Positions 8,682-16,682 of a stretch of DNA of 44,509 nt are shown one piece after another. Under the pieces are notes generated by a model that worked only from the letters and a program-made list of their open reading frames with translations, ran no database searches and had not been told where the DNA came from. A program made the position numbers and the translations under genes. The stretch is from a virus. The stretch lies in the UHGV virus genome UHGV-0169625; one strand, 5' to 3'. Positions within the stretch are counted from its first letter, which is position 1. Every line of letters starts with the position of its first letter.

Positions 8682-8837
8682 ATGAGAATCCGTATAACTG
8701 ACCGCAGGCTTATAGATTTCGGTATCTCGGTAGGTGATGTTTTTCTGGCGTTCAGCAGCAACCATTATGGTTTTATGATTGAGTACAAAGGGTCGTTATT
8801 GTTCGTGTATCGGGATGAGTGCGAGGTTCTGGTATGA
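8682..8837 (+). CDS. hypothetical small protein (51 aa)
   Basis: ATG ORF below track cutoff; stop overlaps next ATG (ATGA). Confidence 0.3.
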   Translation: MRIRITDRRLIDFGISVGDVFLAFSSNHYGFMIEYKGSLLFVYRDECEVLV

Positions 8838-8977
8838 GAGAAGCATTTGAACGGTGGGCCGTCATCGAGGGGCTGCCTGTTAATAAGGGTTCGAAGAAAG
8901 AGTACCTGAACGTTAAGACGCGTCTCGCGTGGCGGGCGTGGAAAGCTGGTGTGCAAGCTGTGATGAATACGAGGTGA
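8834..8977 (+). CDS. hypothetical small protein (47 aa)
   Basis: ATG ORF below track cutoff, coupled to flanking ORFs. Confidence 0.3.
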   Translation: MREAFERWAVIEGLPVNKGSKKEYLNVKTRLAWRAWKAGVQAVMNTR

Positions 8978-8980
8978 GAT

Positions 8981-9181
8981 ATGAGTAAGTGGATTAAGTG
9001 CAGTGAGCAGATGCCCGCTCCTTTCTCTCATGTACTTGTGACCGATGGGGGAGAGGTTGAGATTAAATGGTTCGATGATGATTCGGATGAGTGGGATAGT
9101 TGGGATGAATTCAACTCTGTCATAGACAACGAGGATATAACGCACTGGAGGAAATTGCCTAAACCGCCGAAACTGGTGTAA
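8981..9181 (+). CDS. DUF551-like small protein
   Basis: 66 aa; MSKWIKCSEQMP...ITHWRKLPKPP resembles the DUF551 pattern (W-I-x-C ... THW-x-x-LP-x-PP) from recollection. Confidence 0.5.
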   Translation: MSKWIKCSEQMPAPFSHVLVTDGGEVEIKWFDDDSDEWDSWDEFNSVIDNEDITHWRKLPKPPKLV

Positions 9182-9316
9182 CAGGTCAATAGGTTACTAT
9201 TTGACTGAGTGACTTACGCTGCTACACAGCAGCGTACAACTTTAGATTAGTGTCGTCAAAAAGCGACACTTTCACCGAACGCAACAATCGAAGCGACTAT
9301 TGCAGGAGATGCAACA

Positions 9317-9487
9317 ATGAAACTGAATGACATCGTAACCTGGACCGGTAGAAACGGAGAAAAGCGATTCGGGCTTATTGTTGCGTCAGACGGCAACAAG
9401 TACCGTGTTATGCGATGGCGTCAGTGGGCGAGACGCCCGAGATACTACTGGATTCGCAGCGAACGATTATCGTTAAAACACCAATAA
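9317..9487 (+). CDS. hypothetical small basic protein (56 aa)
   Basis: ATG with AGGAG SD; follows two hairpins after the 8981..9181 gene. Confidence 0.35.
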   Translation: MKLNDIVTWTGRNGEKRFGLIVASDGNKYRVMRWRQWARRPRYYWIRSERLSLKHQ

Positions 9488-9494
9488 AATTTAC

Positions 9495-9523
9495 TTGCAC
9501 GCTAGGATAGAATAGGCTACTAT
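9495..9523 (+). promoter_or_regulatory. sigma70-like promoter (rightward) with embedded palindromic operator
   Basis: TTGCAC (9495-9500), 17-nt spacer, TACTAT (9518-9523); 9509-9526 reads AGAATAG-gcta-CTATTCA. Confidence 0.5.
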
Positions 9524-9554
9524 TCATTTACACGAACGAGAGGAGAGACAGAAG

Positions 9555-9677
9555 ATGTACAGCGAATTTGATTTGTGGGACGTGGTTCTTATGTGGGCCT
9601 CCGGGGAAGATGTTGTTTGCGACGGCGACACATTAAGTATCATATGCGAGGAGCCAGAAGATGTTCCTGGAATGTAA
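9555..9677 (+). CDS. hypothetical small acidic protein (40 aa)
   Basis: ATG with GAGAGGAGAG SD; 3' end overlaps next gene. Confidence 0.3.
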   Translation: MYSEFDLWDVVLMWASGEDVVCDGDTLSIICEEPEDVPGM

Positions 9678-9879
9678 ATCCTACGATGGCTATTGGGTGC
9701 TGACTAAAAACGACCTGTACCACCTCAAAGAAGACGGCGACGAGAGCCGCTGCTACATAATAGACGACAACGGCACTGAACTCGATGTCTATTACACCGG
9801 GTATGGTCGATGGGCGTTATCGGCGGACGACGACTTTGTGTTCGAAGAATATAACGGGGAGGAGCCAGAAGATGAGTAA
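9661..9879 (+). CDS. hypothetical acidic protein (72 aa)
   Basis: track ORF; start lies in 16-nt repeat GAGGAGCCAGAAGATG that supplies SD and ATG. Confidence 0.45.
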   Translation: MFLECKSYDGYWVLTKNDLYHLKEDGDESRCYIIDDNGTELDVYYTGYGRWALSADDDFVFEEYNGEEPEDE

Positions 9880-10186
9880 CAAAAACGAGGTATTCGAGTA
9901 CCTGATTGACCAACTACGGCAGCAGGTAAATAACAACCAGTGCGAAGACCTGGCGCATGAGGTGCAGTCACTTAAGAATCAGTTACGTGATGCGTCGGCG
10001 CAGATTAAGGAGTTGAAGCTGGTGCTGGCAAAAGCTACAGGTGACGTAGAGGCGTACAAACTTATCCGCGAACAGGAGCAATCCGGTTGCCGTAAGGAAG
10101 ATACTCAGGAATGTGAGCACGTGTGGAATAGGTACATTGTACACCCTCACAGAAAGATATGTTTAGTATGCGGGTTAAAGAAATGA
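9872..10186 (+). CDS. hypothetical coiled-coil protein with C-terminal Cys/His cluster (104 aa)
   Basis: start trimmed to ATG 9872 inside the second copy of the 16-nt repeat; C-terminal CEHVWNRYIVHPHRKICLVCG. Confidence 0.45.
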   Translation: MSNKNEVFEYLIDQLRQQVNNNQCEDLAHEVQSLKNQLRDASAQIKELKLVLAKATGDVEAYKLIREQEQSGCRKEDTQECEHVWNRYIVHPHRKICLVCGLKK

Positions 10187-10386
10187 CCAGCATCCTATTT
10201 ATCTGGGTATTGTCCGCAGGCCAGATGCAACTCGCGGCAGCAGAAACGTTTTATTCGATGGAGGCGTGCCAGTCAGCGGCGCGCGCCGCAGAAAACGCGC
10301 ACTTCCTGTTTCAGGGCGACAAGCCCAACGATTCAGAGGTACGCGCTATCTGCTCACCTAAGCGACTTGGTAAACAGGAGAAGTGA
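10183..10386 (+). CDS. small exported protein (signal peptide)
   Basis: start trimmed to ATG 10183 (ATGA overlap); MTSILFIWVLSAGQMQLAAAE looks like a cleavable signal peptide. Confidence 0.45.
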   Translation: MTSILFIWVLSAGQMQLAAAETFYSMEACQSAARAAENAHFLFQGDKPNDSEVRAICSPKRLGKQEK

Positions 10387-10592
10387 TTATGGTACAGAGA
10401 TACTCTAAGTATGGGTCTGACAACCATTTCGGGGACCGTCACGGGGCGTGGGTTAAGTTTGAGGACTACCAGAATCTTGACCACAAGCTGTTGGAAGTTG
10501 AAGCCGAGTTACAGAAATACAAAGACCAGTTTCCGGATTACGTCGAGTGCGCGAACTGCGGGTCAATTACACATGTGGAAGGGGTGGAGTGA
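10383..10592 (+). CDS. hypothetical protein (69 aa)
   Basis: track ORF, start overlaps upstream stop. Confidence 0.45.
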   Translation: MIMVQRYSKYGSDNHFGDRHGAWVKFEDYQNLDHKLLEVEAELQKYKDQFPDYVECANCGSITHVEGVE

Positions 10593-10897
10593 TGATTGAC
10601 GCGTATATCTATTGGAGTGGGGTAGCTTTTAATTTTACCCTTATCCCTGTGATTCTTTGGGCACTTTGGTGTTTGGTACTGTTCCCCGCCGTAGAAGCTG
10701 CTAGCATGGCGCGGTACTACCGAAGAATCGGAAAAGTTCACGGGATTAAAGTGCACAGCTGGTTCAGGCTTTTCCGCGCTAACTACGAATTGTTTGGGCG
10801 CACGTTCACAGCACAGCGGTGCTCTTACGGCTATTGGGAAGGAGTAGGGCGATGGGAAGTATTTCCTGCGGAGGCCGAAAATGAGCCTCGCAACTGA
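10592..10897 (+). CDS. small membrane protein
   Basis: start trimmed to ATG 10592 (overlaps upstream TGA); hydrophobic segment FTLIPVILWALWCLVLFPAV. Confidence 0.45.
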   Translation: MIDAYIYWSGVAFNFTLIPVILWALWCLVLFPAVEAASMARYYRRIGKVHGIKVHSWFRLFRANYELFGRTFTAQRCSYGYWEGVGRWEVFPAEAENEPRN

Positions 10898-11174
10898 TAT
10901 CCTGAAACGAAGCGGCCTTGCGCCGCTGTCACCGAGAGTTAGAACACAGATATACAAGCGCCGCCATAACGCGCTGTACCCTGAGATTCAGGCCAGACGC
11001 AAAGCGGTCCGCGCCTGTGGATTCCAGAACGGGAAGGCCGTTAACCTCGGTGAGTTTAAAACACAGGAACGGGCAGCTATTGCGAACCGGCTATTTAATT
11101 ACTGGAAATCGCTGGGATACGATGATATTCCGACGAAACCACAGAGGCGACAATACATCTGGAGACATAAATAA
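10881..11174 (+). CDS. hypothetical basic protein (97 aa)
   Basis: track ORF; last gene before the lysis cassette. Confidence 0.45.
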   Translation: MSLATDILKRSGLAPLSPRVRTQIYKRRHNALYPEIQARRKAVRACGFQNGKAVNLGEFKTQERAAIANRLFNYWKSLGYDDIPTKPQRRQYIWRHK

Positions 11175-11206
11175 ACCGTTATTAGGATAATTCCTACCCG
11201 TGGTAT

Positions 11207-11242
11207 CCTCCAGTTACTGCATACTTAATACGCACCTGGAGG
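11207..11242 (+). promoter_or_regulatory. hairpin sequestering the holin Shine-Dalgarno site
   Basis: CCTCCAG (11207-11213) pairs with CTGGAGG (11236-11242) across a 22-nt loop; the 3' arm contains the GGAGG SD located 7 nt before the holin TTG start. Confidence 0.4.
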
Positions 11243-11249
11243 ATTCATC

Positions 11250-11558
11250 TTGGATAAATTTACTGAAACAGTGACGGGGTGGCTTCTCGCCGCCGCACTG
11301 GTCGGTGGATTGGTCGGGCTAAGACAACATAAAAAGTCTATATCCGGGCCGATTGACGGACTGGTATTTCTTCTCACCGGCTTCGCGTGTGCCATTTTCG
11401 GCGCACCTCTTGCGGCTCAATGGTTCGGTATTACTGGTGAGCGCGAGATAGCTGGCCTCGGATTCATCATTGCCATTCTCTGGATGCCTATCTATTCCCG
11501 CCTTTCTGGCATCGTATCGGGCGGCGATATTGCCCGCCCAGGAGGACCGCATGACTGA
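11250..11558 (+). CDS. holin (three predicted TM segments), TTG start
   Basis: 102 aa; hydrophobic stretches GWLLAAALVGGLVGL, LVFLLTGFACAIFGAPLAA, GLGFIIAILWMPIY; immediately upstream of endolysin. Confidence 0.6.
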   Translation: MDKFTETVTGWLLAAALVGGLVGLRQHKKSISGPIDGLVFLLTGFACAIFGAPLAAQWFGITGEREIAGLGFIIAILWMPIYSRLSGIVSGGDIARPGGPHD

Positions 11559-11823
11559 GCTATTCTGGTTTGTCGTAATGCTGGCGATGGGCGCTTCGTC
11601 CCTGTTCAACGTGTATAATGAACACGTGGACGACGGGCTATTTGGGCGTGTGCTCTATATCCTGACTGCTATCGTCTGCGCCGCCGGGTGTATCCACCTG
11701 TTACAAGGCAGCATGTCACCTACGTTGCCCGAGACGTTAATCACATTAGTTGCGCTGCGTCAGATTCGTCAGGCGTGGCTGTCGTATGGAGGACATAAGT
11801 GTGTCTCGAAATATTTCAGATAA
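11551..11823 (+). CDS. holin/antiholin-like membrane protein (two TM segments)
   Basis: start trimmed to ATG 11551 (overlaps holin stop); LFWFVVMLAMGASSLF and VLYILTAIVCAAGCIHLL. Confidence 0.45.
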   Translation: MTELFWFVVMLAMGASSLFNVYNEHVDDGLFGRVLYILTAIVCAAGCIHLLQGSMSPTLPETLITLVALRQIRQAWLSYGGHKCVSKYFR

Positions 11824-12286
11824 TGGATTGCATTTCACTGCCGCATTTGAGGGGTTCCGTGGAACTGCGTATCGTGCTACCCCGAATGAGAAGTACCTGA
11901 CTATTGGTTACGGGCACTACGGGCCAGACGTAACGCCCGGAAAGACCATCACGCCGGGACAAGGACTCCTGCTACTGAATCGCGATATGGCTAAGGCCGT
12001 AGCTGCGGTTGACGCAGCAGCACACCATTCACTGGCACAGGCGCAGTTCGATGCAGTGTGCGACCTGGTGTATAACGCGGGTGCTGGTGTGATTGCAGCT
12101 ACTACAGGCACGGGTAAGGCGCTGCGTTCCGGTGATATTGCGACTCTGCGGGATAAGCTGGCGCTGTTCATCAACCAGAACGGCAAACCGTTACTTGGCC
12201 TGCGTCGCCGTACAGCCGGTCGTTTGGCGCTGTTCGACGGTAAACCGTGGCGGGAGGCGGAAGCTATCGGGAGGGCTGTTAAATGA
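11786..12286 (+). CDS. endolysin, phage lysozyme (GH24-like)
   Basis: AAFEGFRGTAYRATPNEKYLTIGYGHY matches the lysozyme catalytic region (E...D...T); start set to first ATG 11786, in-frame GTG 11801 has a better SD. Confidence 0.8.
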   Translation: MEDISVSRNISDNGLHFTAAFEGFRGTAYRATPNEKYLTIGYGHYGPDVTPGKTITPGQGLLLLNRDMAKAVAAVDAAAHHSLAQAQFDAVCDLVYNAGAGVIAATTGTGKALRSGDIATLRDKLALFINQNGKPLLGLRRRTAGRLALFDGKPWREAEAIGRAVK

Positions 12287-12413
12287 TGGACGAATATGAA
12301 GGCGTTTAGTAAACTTATCCCTACGCTGTTTGTGCTTGCATACTAAGCCCCGGTAAACCCGAAGCAGCAGCCCAAGCGGTGGAGACTGCGTAGGGTTCAA
12401 GGGCTTATGACCG

Positions 12414-12444
12414 AAACCCGGACCGCGAATCCGGGTTTTATTTT
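12414..12444 (+). terminator. rho-independent terminator after lysis cassette
   Basis: stem ACCCGG/CCGGGT with 9-nt loop, then TTTATTTT. Confidence 0.7.
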
Positions 12445-12449
12445 ACCAA

Positions 12450-12478
12450 TTGACACCTGAGACCAATCAGACGATACT
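12450..12478 (+). promoter_or_regulatory. sigma70-like promoter between two terminators
   Basis: TTGACA (12450-12455), 17-nt spacer, GATACT (12473-12478). Confidence 0.4.
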
Positions 12479-12484
12479 TAAATC

Positions 12485-12549
12485 ACCTCCTGTTCCATCC
12501 CTCTGCTCTCCAGTTTTATCCCGGCACTGACCCAGCCGGGATTTTTTTT
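12485..12549 (+). ncRNA. candidate small RNA (~65 nt) with anti-SD-like 5' sequence
   Basis: predicted transcript from promoter 12450-12478 to terminator 12518-12549; no ORF with SD; 5' region AUCACCUCCU resembles the 16S rRNA 3' end. Confidence 0.3.
12518..12549 (+). terminator. rho-independent terminator
   Basis: stem ATCCCGGC/GCCGGGAT, 9-nt loop, then TTTTTTT. Confidence 0.7.
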
Positions 12550-12571
12550 ATCTATTTTCTGCAATGACTAG

Positions 12572-12600
12572 TTGACTATTACCCTCGACCTTATTATATT
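12572..12600 (+). promoter_or_regulatory. sigma70-like promoter
   Basis: TTGACT (12572-12577), 17-nt spacer, TATATT (12595-12600); about 30 nt upstream of ATG 12634. Confidence 0.45.
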
Positions 12601-12633
12601 TACTCCATCGACAACGAGAACGGAGTAGAGAAG

Positions 12634-12831
12634 ATGAGTAACGTATCGACGATAGAAATAACCGAGGAACTTGAAGCTAAATGCATCGCGTCTGCTATGG
12701 GTGGGGATTCGGTGGAAAAACTACAGATGAGGGCCGCTGCGGGCTACATACGTAGAGCTAATTCCGCGATGACTGATGTTTTACGTAAACGTTACCTCGT
12801 GAAAGCGTTAGAAATCCTGGAGAATAACTAA
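12634..12831 (+). CDS. hypothetical protein (65 aa)
   Basis: track ORF with GGAG SD. Confidence 0.45.
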   Translation: MSNVSTIEITEELEAKCIASAMGGDSVEKLQMRAAAGYIRRANSAMTDVLRKRYLVKALEILENN

Positions 12832-12980
12832 TGAAAATCACGGATATCGAAGCATTCAAAGACGCACAACTGATGGCGCGCATCGCCGTTAGTAACCTGA
12901 GCAACAGCATTCCCGCGGACGCGTTCTGGTTCGCTGCAATGCAGACACTGAAAGCAGCTTATGCAGGAGAGAAGAAATGA
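12831..12980 (+). CDS. hypothetical small protein (49 aa)
   Basis: ATG overlaps upstream TAA; below track cutoff. Confidence 0.3.
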   Translation: MKITDIEAFKDAQLMARIAVSNLSNSIPADAFWFAAMQTLKAAYAGEKK

Positions 12981-13135
12981 GCGAACACGGTGAAGTAAGC
13001 CAACCCTTACGAGTAGGCCGTAAAGTCAGTCACACCCCGTTCCCGACACGCGAGGAACTGATGAAACGTAACAGTTTCCCGGGACCGGACAAGAACAAGT
13101 ATCTCAATCGCATGTGGGGAGAGCGTAAAGAATGA
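12977..13135 (+). CDS. hypothetical small protein (52 aa)
   Basis: ATGA coupling at both ends. Confidence 0.3.
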   Translation: MSEHGEVSQPLRVGRKVSHTPFPTREELMKRNSFPGPDKNKYLNRMWGERKE

Positions 13136-13350
13136 AAAAGTATAAATTCATAATTGGTGACAATCTTATGTATAACTCAACCCATTTGCGCCGTGTCCGT
13201 TGGTACAATCTACTATTTGTACGTGCAGGATTAGTTAACGTTATTGAGTGGGAGGGCATTGAGTCTGACGTTAAGGTGGCGGAGGGTTTTGCGCGCTTGT
13301 ACTTCAAGAAACGCGGCATGACACCGCATGTTATGGGGCACGAGTTATGA
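13132..13350 (+). CDS. hypothetical protein (72 aa)
   Basis: track ORF, coupled start. Confidence 0.45.
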   Translation: MKKYKFIIGDNLMYNSTHLRRVRWYNLLFVRAGLVNVIEWEGIESDVKVAEGFARLYFKKRGMTPHVMGHEL

Positions 13351-13592
13351 CCGACCGTGAATACGAAAAGATGATGGTAGAGGCTGTTAACGGCGGCGTA
13401 GACATCGGTCGCGTGATGCACGTCCTGAATACTAAAATCGCGGTAGCGGAGCAAATGGTTGAGTCGCTCTATGAGACACGCCGTGAACTGATTAACCGCT
13501 TCAACCTGAACAAGTGCGAACATAAGTTCGACTACAATCCGAAAGATATGTGCGGCCAGTGTGTTAAATGTGGGGTACAGAGACATGCCTAA
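13347..13592 (+). CDS. hypothetical protein with C-terminal Cys cluster
   Basis: 81 aa; CEHKFD...CGQCVKCG. Confidence 0.45.
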   Translation: MTDREYEKMMVEAVNGGVDIGRVMHVLNTKIAVAEQMVESLYETRRELINRFNLNKCEHKFDYNPKDMCGQCVKCGVQRHA

Positions 13593-13788
13593 AATCACAA
13601 TCGCATCACTCGAGCGCCGTATCCTGGTGCTTGAGTCTGAGAAACAGACGTTAGGCGGACAACTGTCAATTAACGGTGAGTTTCAACTGGAGGCGTTTAA
13701 GTTGTTGCTCGTGAAATTGAAGGAAGAAGAGCAGAAGCTACTACTTTCCCCTGAGTTCGATTACGGTGTTGACGATGAAAGCGCCTGA
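13585..13788 (+). CDS. hypothetical coiled-coil protein
   Basis: start trimmed to ATG 13585; track shows GTG alternative at 13561. Confidence 0.4.
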   Translation: MPKITIASLERRILVLESEKQTLGGQLSINGEFQLEAFKLLLVKLKEEEQKLLLSPEFDYGVDDESA

Positions 13789-13957
13789 GCCAGTAGTTAT
13801 CGATGACGTCCTGTGGAAACCTTACTCGGTTAACCACATCGACGCCGACGGGAAGAAGTTCAGCTTCTACATTTTTGCAATTAGCCGTGAACACGCCGCT
13901 TGTGTGGTCGACGATATACGAGAAACGGCGTGGCTCGGTGATGAGATAGTGGGGTGA
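13775..13957 (+). CDS. hypothetical protein (60 aa)
   Basis: start trimmed to ATG 13775. Confidence 0.4.
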   Translation: MKAPEPVVIDDVLWKPYSVNHIDADGKKFSFYIFAISREHAACVVDDIRETAWLGDEIVG

Positions 13958-13961
13958 GAGT

Positions 13962-14192
13962 ATGTTTCACGAACTAAAGATATTACCTGAGCATTTTGAA
14001 CCTGTTATGGTAGGAATCAAGCTGGCGGAACTGCGATTAAACGACCGCGATTTCAAGGAAGACGACACTCTGTGCCTGCGAGAATACGAAAACGGTGAAT
14101 ACACAGGCCGTATCGTTTACCGCCGCGTTATTCATGTTGCGGACGTAGGTGCTTACCTGCCTGGATACGTGCTATTAAGTATGGAGGATTGA
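13962..14192 (+). CDS. DUF3850/ASCH-like (PUA-fold) small protein
   Basis: 76 aa; HELKILPEHFEPVMVGIKLAELRLNDRDFKEDDTLCLREY resembles the DUF3850 pattern from recollection. Confidence 0.45.
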   Translation: MFHELKILPEHFEPVMVGIKLAELRLNDRDFKEDDTLCLREYENGEYTGRIVYRRVIHVADVGAYLPGYVLLSMED

Positions 14193-14194
14193 TT

Positions 14195-14365
14195 ATGTTC
14201 AGTGACATTAACGCAGCAATAGAAGAAGCAATCTGGCGCCGGTACAACGGCGATCAACAACGGCACTTCTGCCTGGTGCAGCGCGGTAACATGATTGCCG
14301 TAGTGCAGGACCGCGATAATAAATACCCAAATGCAATGTGGACGACGAGGAATTTCTTAGGATGA
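14195..14365 (+). CDS. hypothetical small protein (56 aa)
   Basis: ATG ORF coupled to both neighbours; below track cutoff. Confidence 0.3.
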   Translation: MFSDINAAIEEAIWRRYNGDQQRHFCLVQRGNMIAVVQDRDNKYPNAMWTTRNFLG

Positions 14366-14598
14366 TTACCAGCATTCCGAACCTGATTAAAGAATTTGGC
14401 ACGATGGCCGAGACATGCCGACAAACCGGCCTCAACGAAATGACGATTGCGAAGTACAGTAAAGACGTTAACTGTGAGCGCCACGTAATTTATAACAACC
14501 GTCTCATGACGCACGTTAAGACAAGCCCTGTGTTATTCACCCGCCGGGGTATCACTAAAACTGAGCAACGTATCGCACGAGAGGAGGGTGATGTATGA
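14362..14598 (+). CDS. hypothetical protein (78 aa)
   Basis: start trimmed to ATG 14362 (ATGA overlap). Confidence 0.4.
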   Translation: MITSIPNLIKEFGTMAETCRQTGLNEMTIAKYSKDVNCERHVIYNNRLMTHVKTSPVLFTRRGITKTEQRIAREEGDV

Positions 14599-14750
14599 AA
14601 AAGTTAACGGTGTACTGGAAGACAGGCGCTACATCAGAACTTGATGTTTTCAGCGTAACGCAATGTGAGAAGTTCTGGTACGCCGAAACATTCAACGGTG
14701 AAGTGAGAATCCCGTTAGCACTGGTAGACGGCGGATATATCACCGGGTAA
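14595..14750 (+). CDS. hypothetical small protein (51 aa)
   Basis: ATG with GAGGAGGG SD; last ORF of early block. Confidence 0.35.
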   Translation: MKKLTVYWKTGATSELDVFSVTQCEKFWYAETFNGEVRIPLALVDGGYITG

Positions 14751-14760
14751 CCGACCATCA

Positions 14761-14785
14761 AGCCCTCTACGGAGGGCTTTTCTGT
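14761..14785 (+). terminator. rho-independent terminator closing the early block
   Basis: stem AGCCCTC/GAGGGCT, 4-nt loop, then TTTCTGT. Confidence 0.6.
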
Positions 14786-14877
14786 ACATCCAGCCCAATC
14801 CCCTTATATAATCCCTTTAGACGCGTAGGGCGCGTCTGATGCGCTCTGATGGTCAGACGCATATGTCAGGGGGTTAT

Positions 14878-15423
14878 ATGAAACTTACACTTAAGCAACC
14901 ATCACCTGAGGTGGTGCAAGCTGCACATGAAGAGGCTGTTAGTGCCAACCGTCGCCGTAAACGACCGCGCGGTAAACAGAGTCTTTATCAATCATCCCGT
15001 AATTCCGCCGCGTTGTGGGACCCGGACTATTGCGACGCGTTAATCGAGTTCTTCGACCGCACGTCTTGGGAGCTTGTGCCTACGTCTAAGGGTGACGAAC
15101 GCCCGTTGATTCAGGATAAACCCCCGTCACTGGCCCGCTTCGCCTTACATATCGGCGTCACTATCCCTATTATTAAGCTGTGGCTGCGCGAGATTCCCGC
15201 ATTTGCAGAAGCCTGGGAAACCGCTCAGGCGCTGGAAGAGGCGTATTTCACTGAGACAGGCGCTGCCGGTATCTCCGCTACGTTTGCTGCGGCTAAGCTG
15301 GGCTTAAGCAAAGAGAAACCTGTTGAATCCTCCGAAGAAACTGCGCCGACTGAGATTGTGTTCACCGTAGCGGAGCCGGTAGGTAAAATCGTTACCACGA
15401 ACATGGGTGAGGTAGGGGAATGA
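14878..15423 (+). CDS. terminase small subunit (putative)
   Basis: start trimmed to ATG 14878 (AGGGGG SD); basic RRRKRPRG patch; stop overlaps terL start; assignment mainly by position. Confidence 0.5.
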   Translation: MKLTLKQPSPEVVQAAHEEAVSANRRRKRPRGKQSLYQSSRNSAALWDPDYCDALIEFFDRTSWELVPTSKGDERPLIQDKPPSLARFALHIGVTIPIIKLWLREIPAFAEAWETAQALEEAYFTETGAAGISATFAAAKLGLSKEKPVESSEETAPTEIVFTVAEPVGKIVTTNMGEVGE

Positions 15424-16670
15424 GTATTCAGCTATCCGCTCCTCAGGCGCTGTTCCTTAACTGCGATAACAAATACAAGGCCTATGTCGGTGGCTTCGGT
15501 AGCGGTAAGACGTTTGTTGGCTGTCTGGACCTGCTTACATTCATGCTTAAGCACCCCGGTACGCGCCTTGGTTACTTCGGCCCGACCTACCCGGCTATCC
15601 GCGACATCTTCTACCCGACATTCGAGGAAGCTGCTAACCTCCTGGGCCTTGATGTGCTGGTTAAATCCGGCGACAAAGAGGTCGTCGTTGCGAGAGGTAA
15701 GACAGTAATCGGTACAGTAATCTGCCGTTCGATGGATAACCCAGGCTCTATCGTCGGTTTCAAAATAGCCGCGGCGGTCGTTGATGAACTGGACGTTCTG
15801 AGCCGCGAGAAAGCGGAACTGGCGTGGAACAAAATCGTAGCCCGTATGCGTCTGGTTATCCCTGGAGTGGTAAACCACATCTCCGTTACCACGACACCGG
15901 AGGGATTCAAGTTCGTCTATGCCAAGTTCAAAGAGAACCCGACACCTAGCTACTCGATGGTGCAGGCTTCCACACACGAGAATGCGCGGTTCCTCCCGCC
16001 GGATTACATTAGCTCGCTGACCGAGACTTACCCCGCGCAGCTGATTAACGCGTATCTTAACGGGGAGTTCGTCAACCTGACATCCGGCAGCGTGTATTAC
16101 GCCTACGACCGGCGCAAGCACCGCAGCAAAGAGACAATTCAACCTGGTGACACTTTGTACATCGGCCAGGACTTCAACGTTACGAAGAATGCAAGCGCCG
16201 TGTATGTGCAACGTAAAGACGGCTGGCACGCAGTAGCAGAACTGAAAGGTCTGTTCGATACGCCGGATACCGTGCGCGTAATTACAGAGAAGTGGAAGTC
16301 ACAAGGCCACCGCATCGTCGTTTACCCCGACGCCAGCGGCAAGAACCGCAAGACCAACTCGGCGTCCATCTCTGACATCGCCTTACTACAGCAGGCTGGT
16401 TTCGATGTACGGGCTAAATCAGCCAACCCGCCAGTTAAAGACCGTGTTTTAGCAGTGAATACCGCACTGGAAAAAGGTAAGCTGTGGGTTAATGACCACT
16501 TATGCCCTGAGATAGCGAAGACGCTGGAGCAGCAGGCTTACGACGATAACGGGGAGCCATCCAAAGACGGCATCATAGACCATATGGCGGATGCTCTCGG
16601 CTATCCTGTAGTTTACGAGATGCCGGTGGTTAAACCAGTAATCAACATCCCGGTGACTTTTGCACTTTAA
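15420..16670 (+). CDS. terminase large subunit
   Basis: 416 aa; Walker A GGFGSGKT near N-terminus; precedes portal. Confidence 0.85.
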   Translation: MSIQLSAPQALFLNCDNKYKAYVGGFGSGKTFVGCLDLLTFMLKHPGTRLGYFGPTYPAIRDIFYPTFEEAANLLGLDVLVKSGDKEVVVARGKTVIGTVICRSMDNPGSIVGFKIAAAVVDELDVLSREKAELAWNKIVARMRLVIPGVVNHISVTTTPEGFKFVYAKFKENPTPSYSMVQASTHENARFLPPDYISSLTETYPAQLINAYLNGEFVNLTSGSVYYAYDRRKHRSKETIQPGDTLYIGQDFNVTKNASAVYVQRKDGWHAVAELKGLFDTPDTVRVITEKWKSQGHRIVVYPDASGKNRKTNSASISDIALLQQAGFDVRAKSANPPVKDRVLAVNTALEKGKLWVNDHLCPEIAKTLEQQAYDDNGEPSKDGIIDHMADALGYPVVYEMPVVKPVINIPVTFAL

Positions 16671-16682
16671 GAGGATTATTCA

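Noticed and set aside
12191-12400. 69-aa minus-strand ORF after the endolysin gene
   Set aside because: Overlaps the endolysin 3' end antisense and runs into a plus-strand terminator; no start context
15432-16229. 265-aa minus-strand ORF inside the terminase large subunit gene
   Set aside because: Antisense to a gene carrying a Walker A motif in the correct operon context
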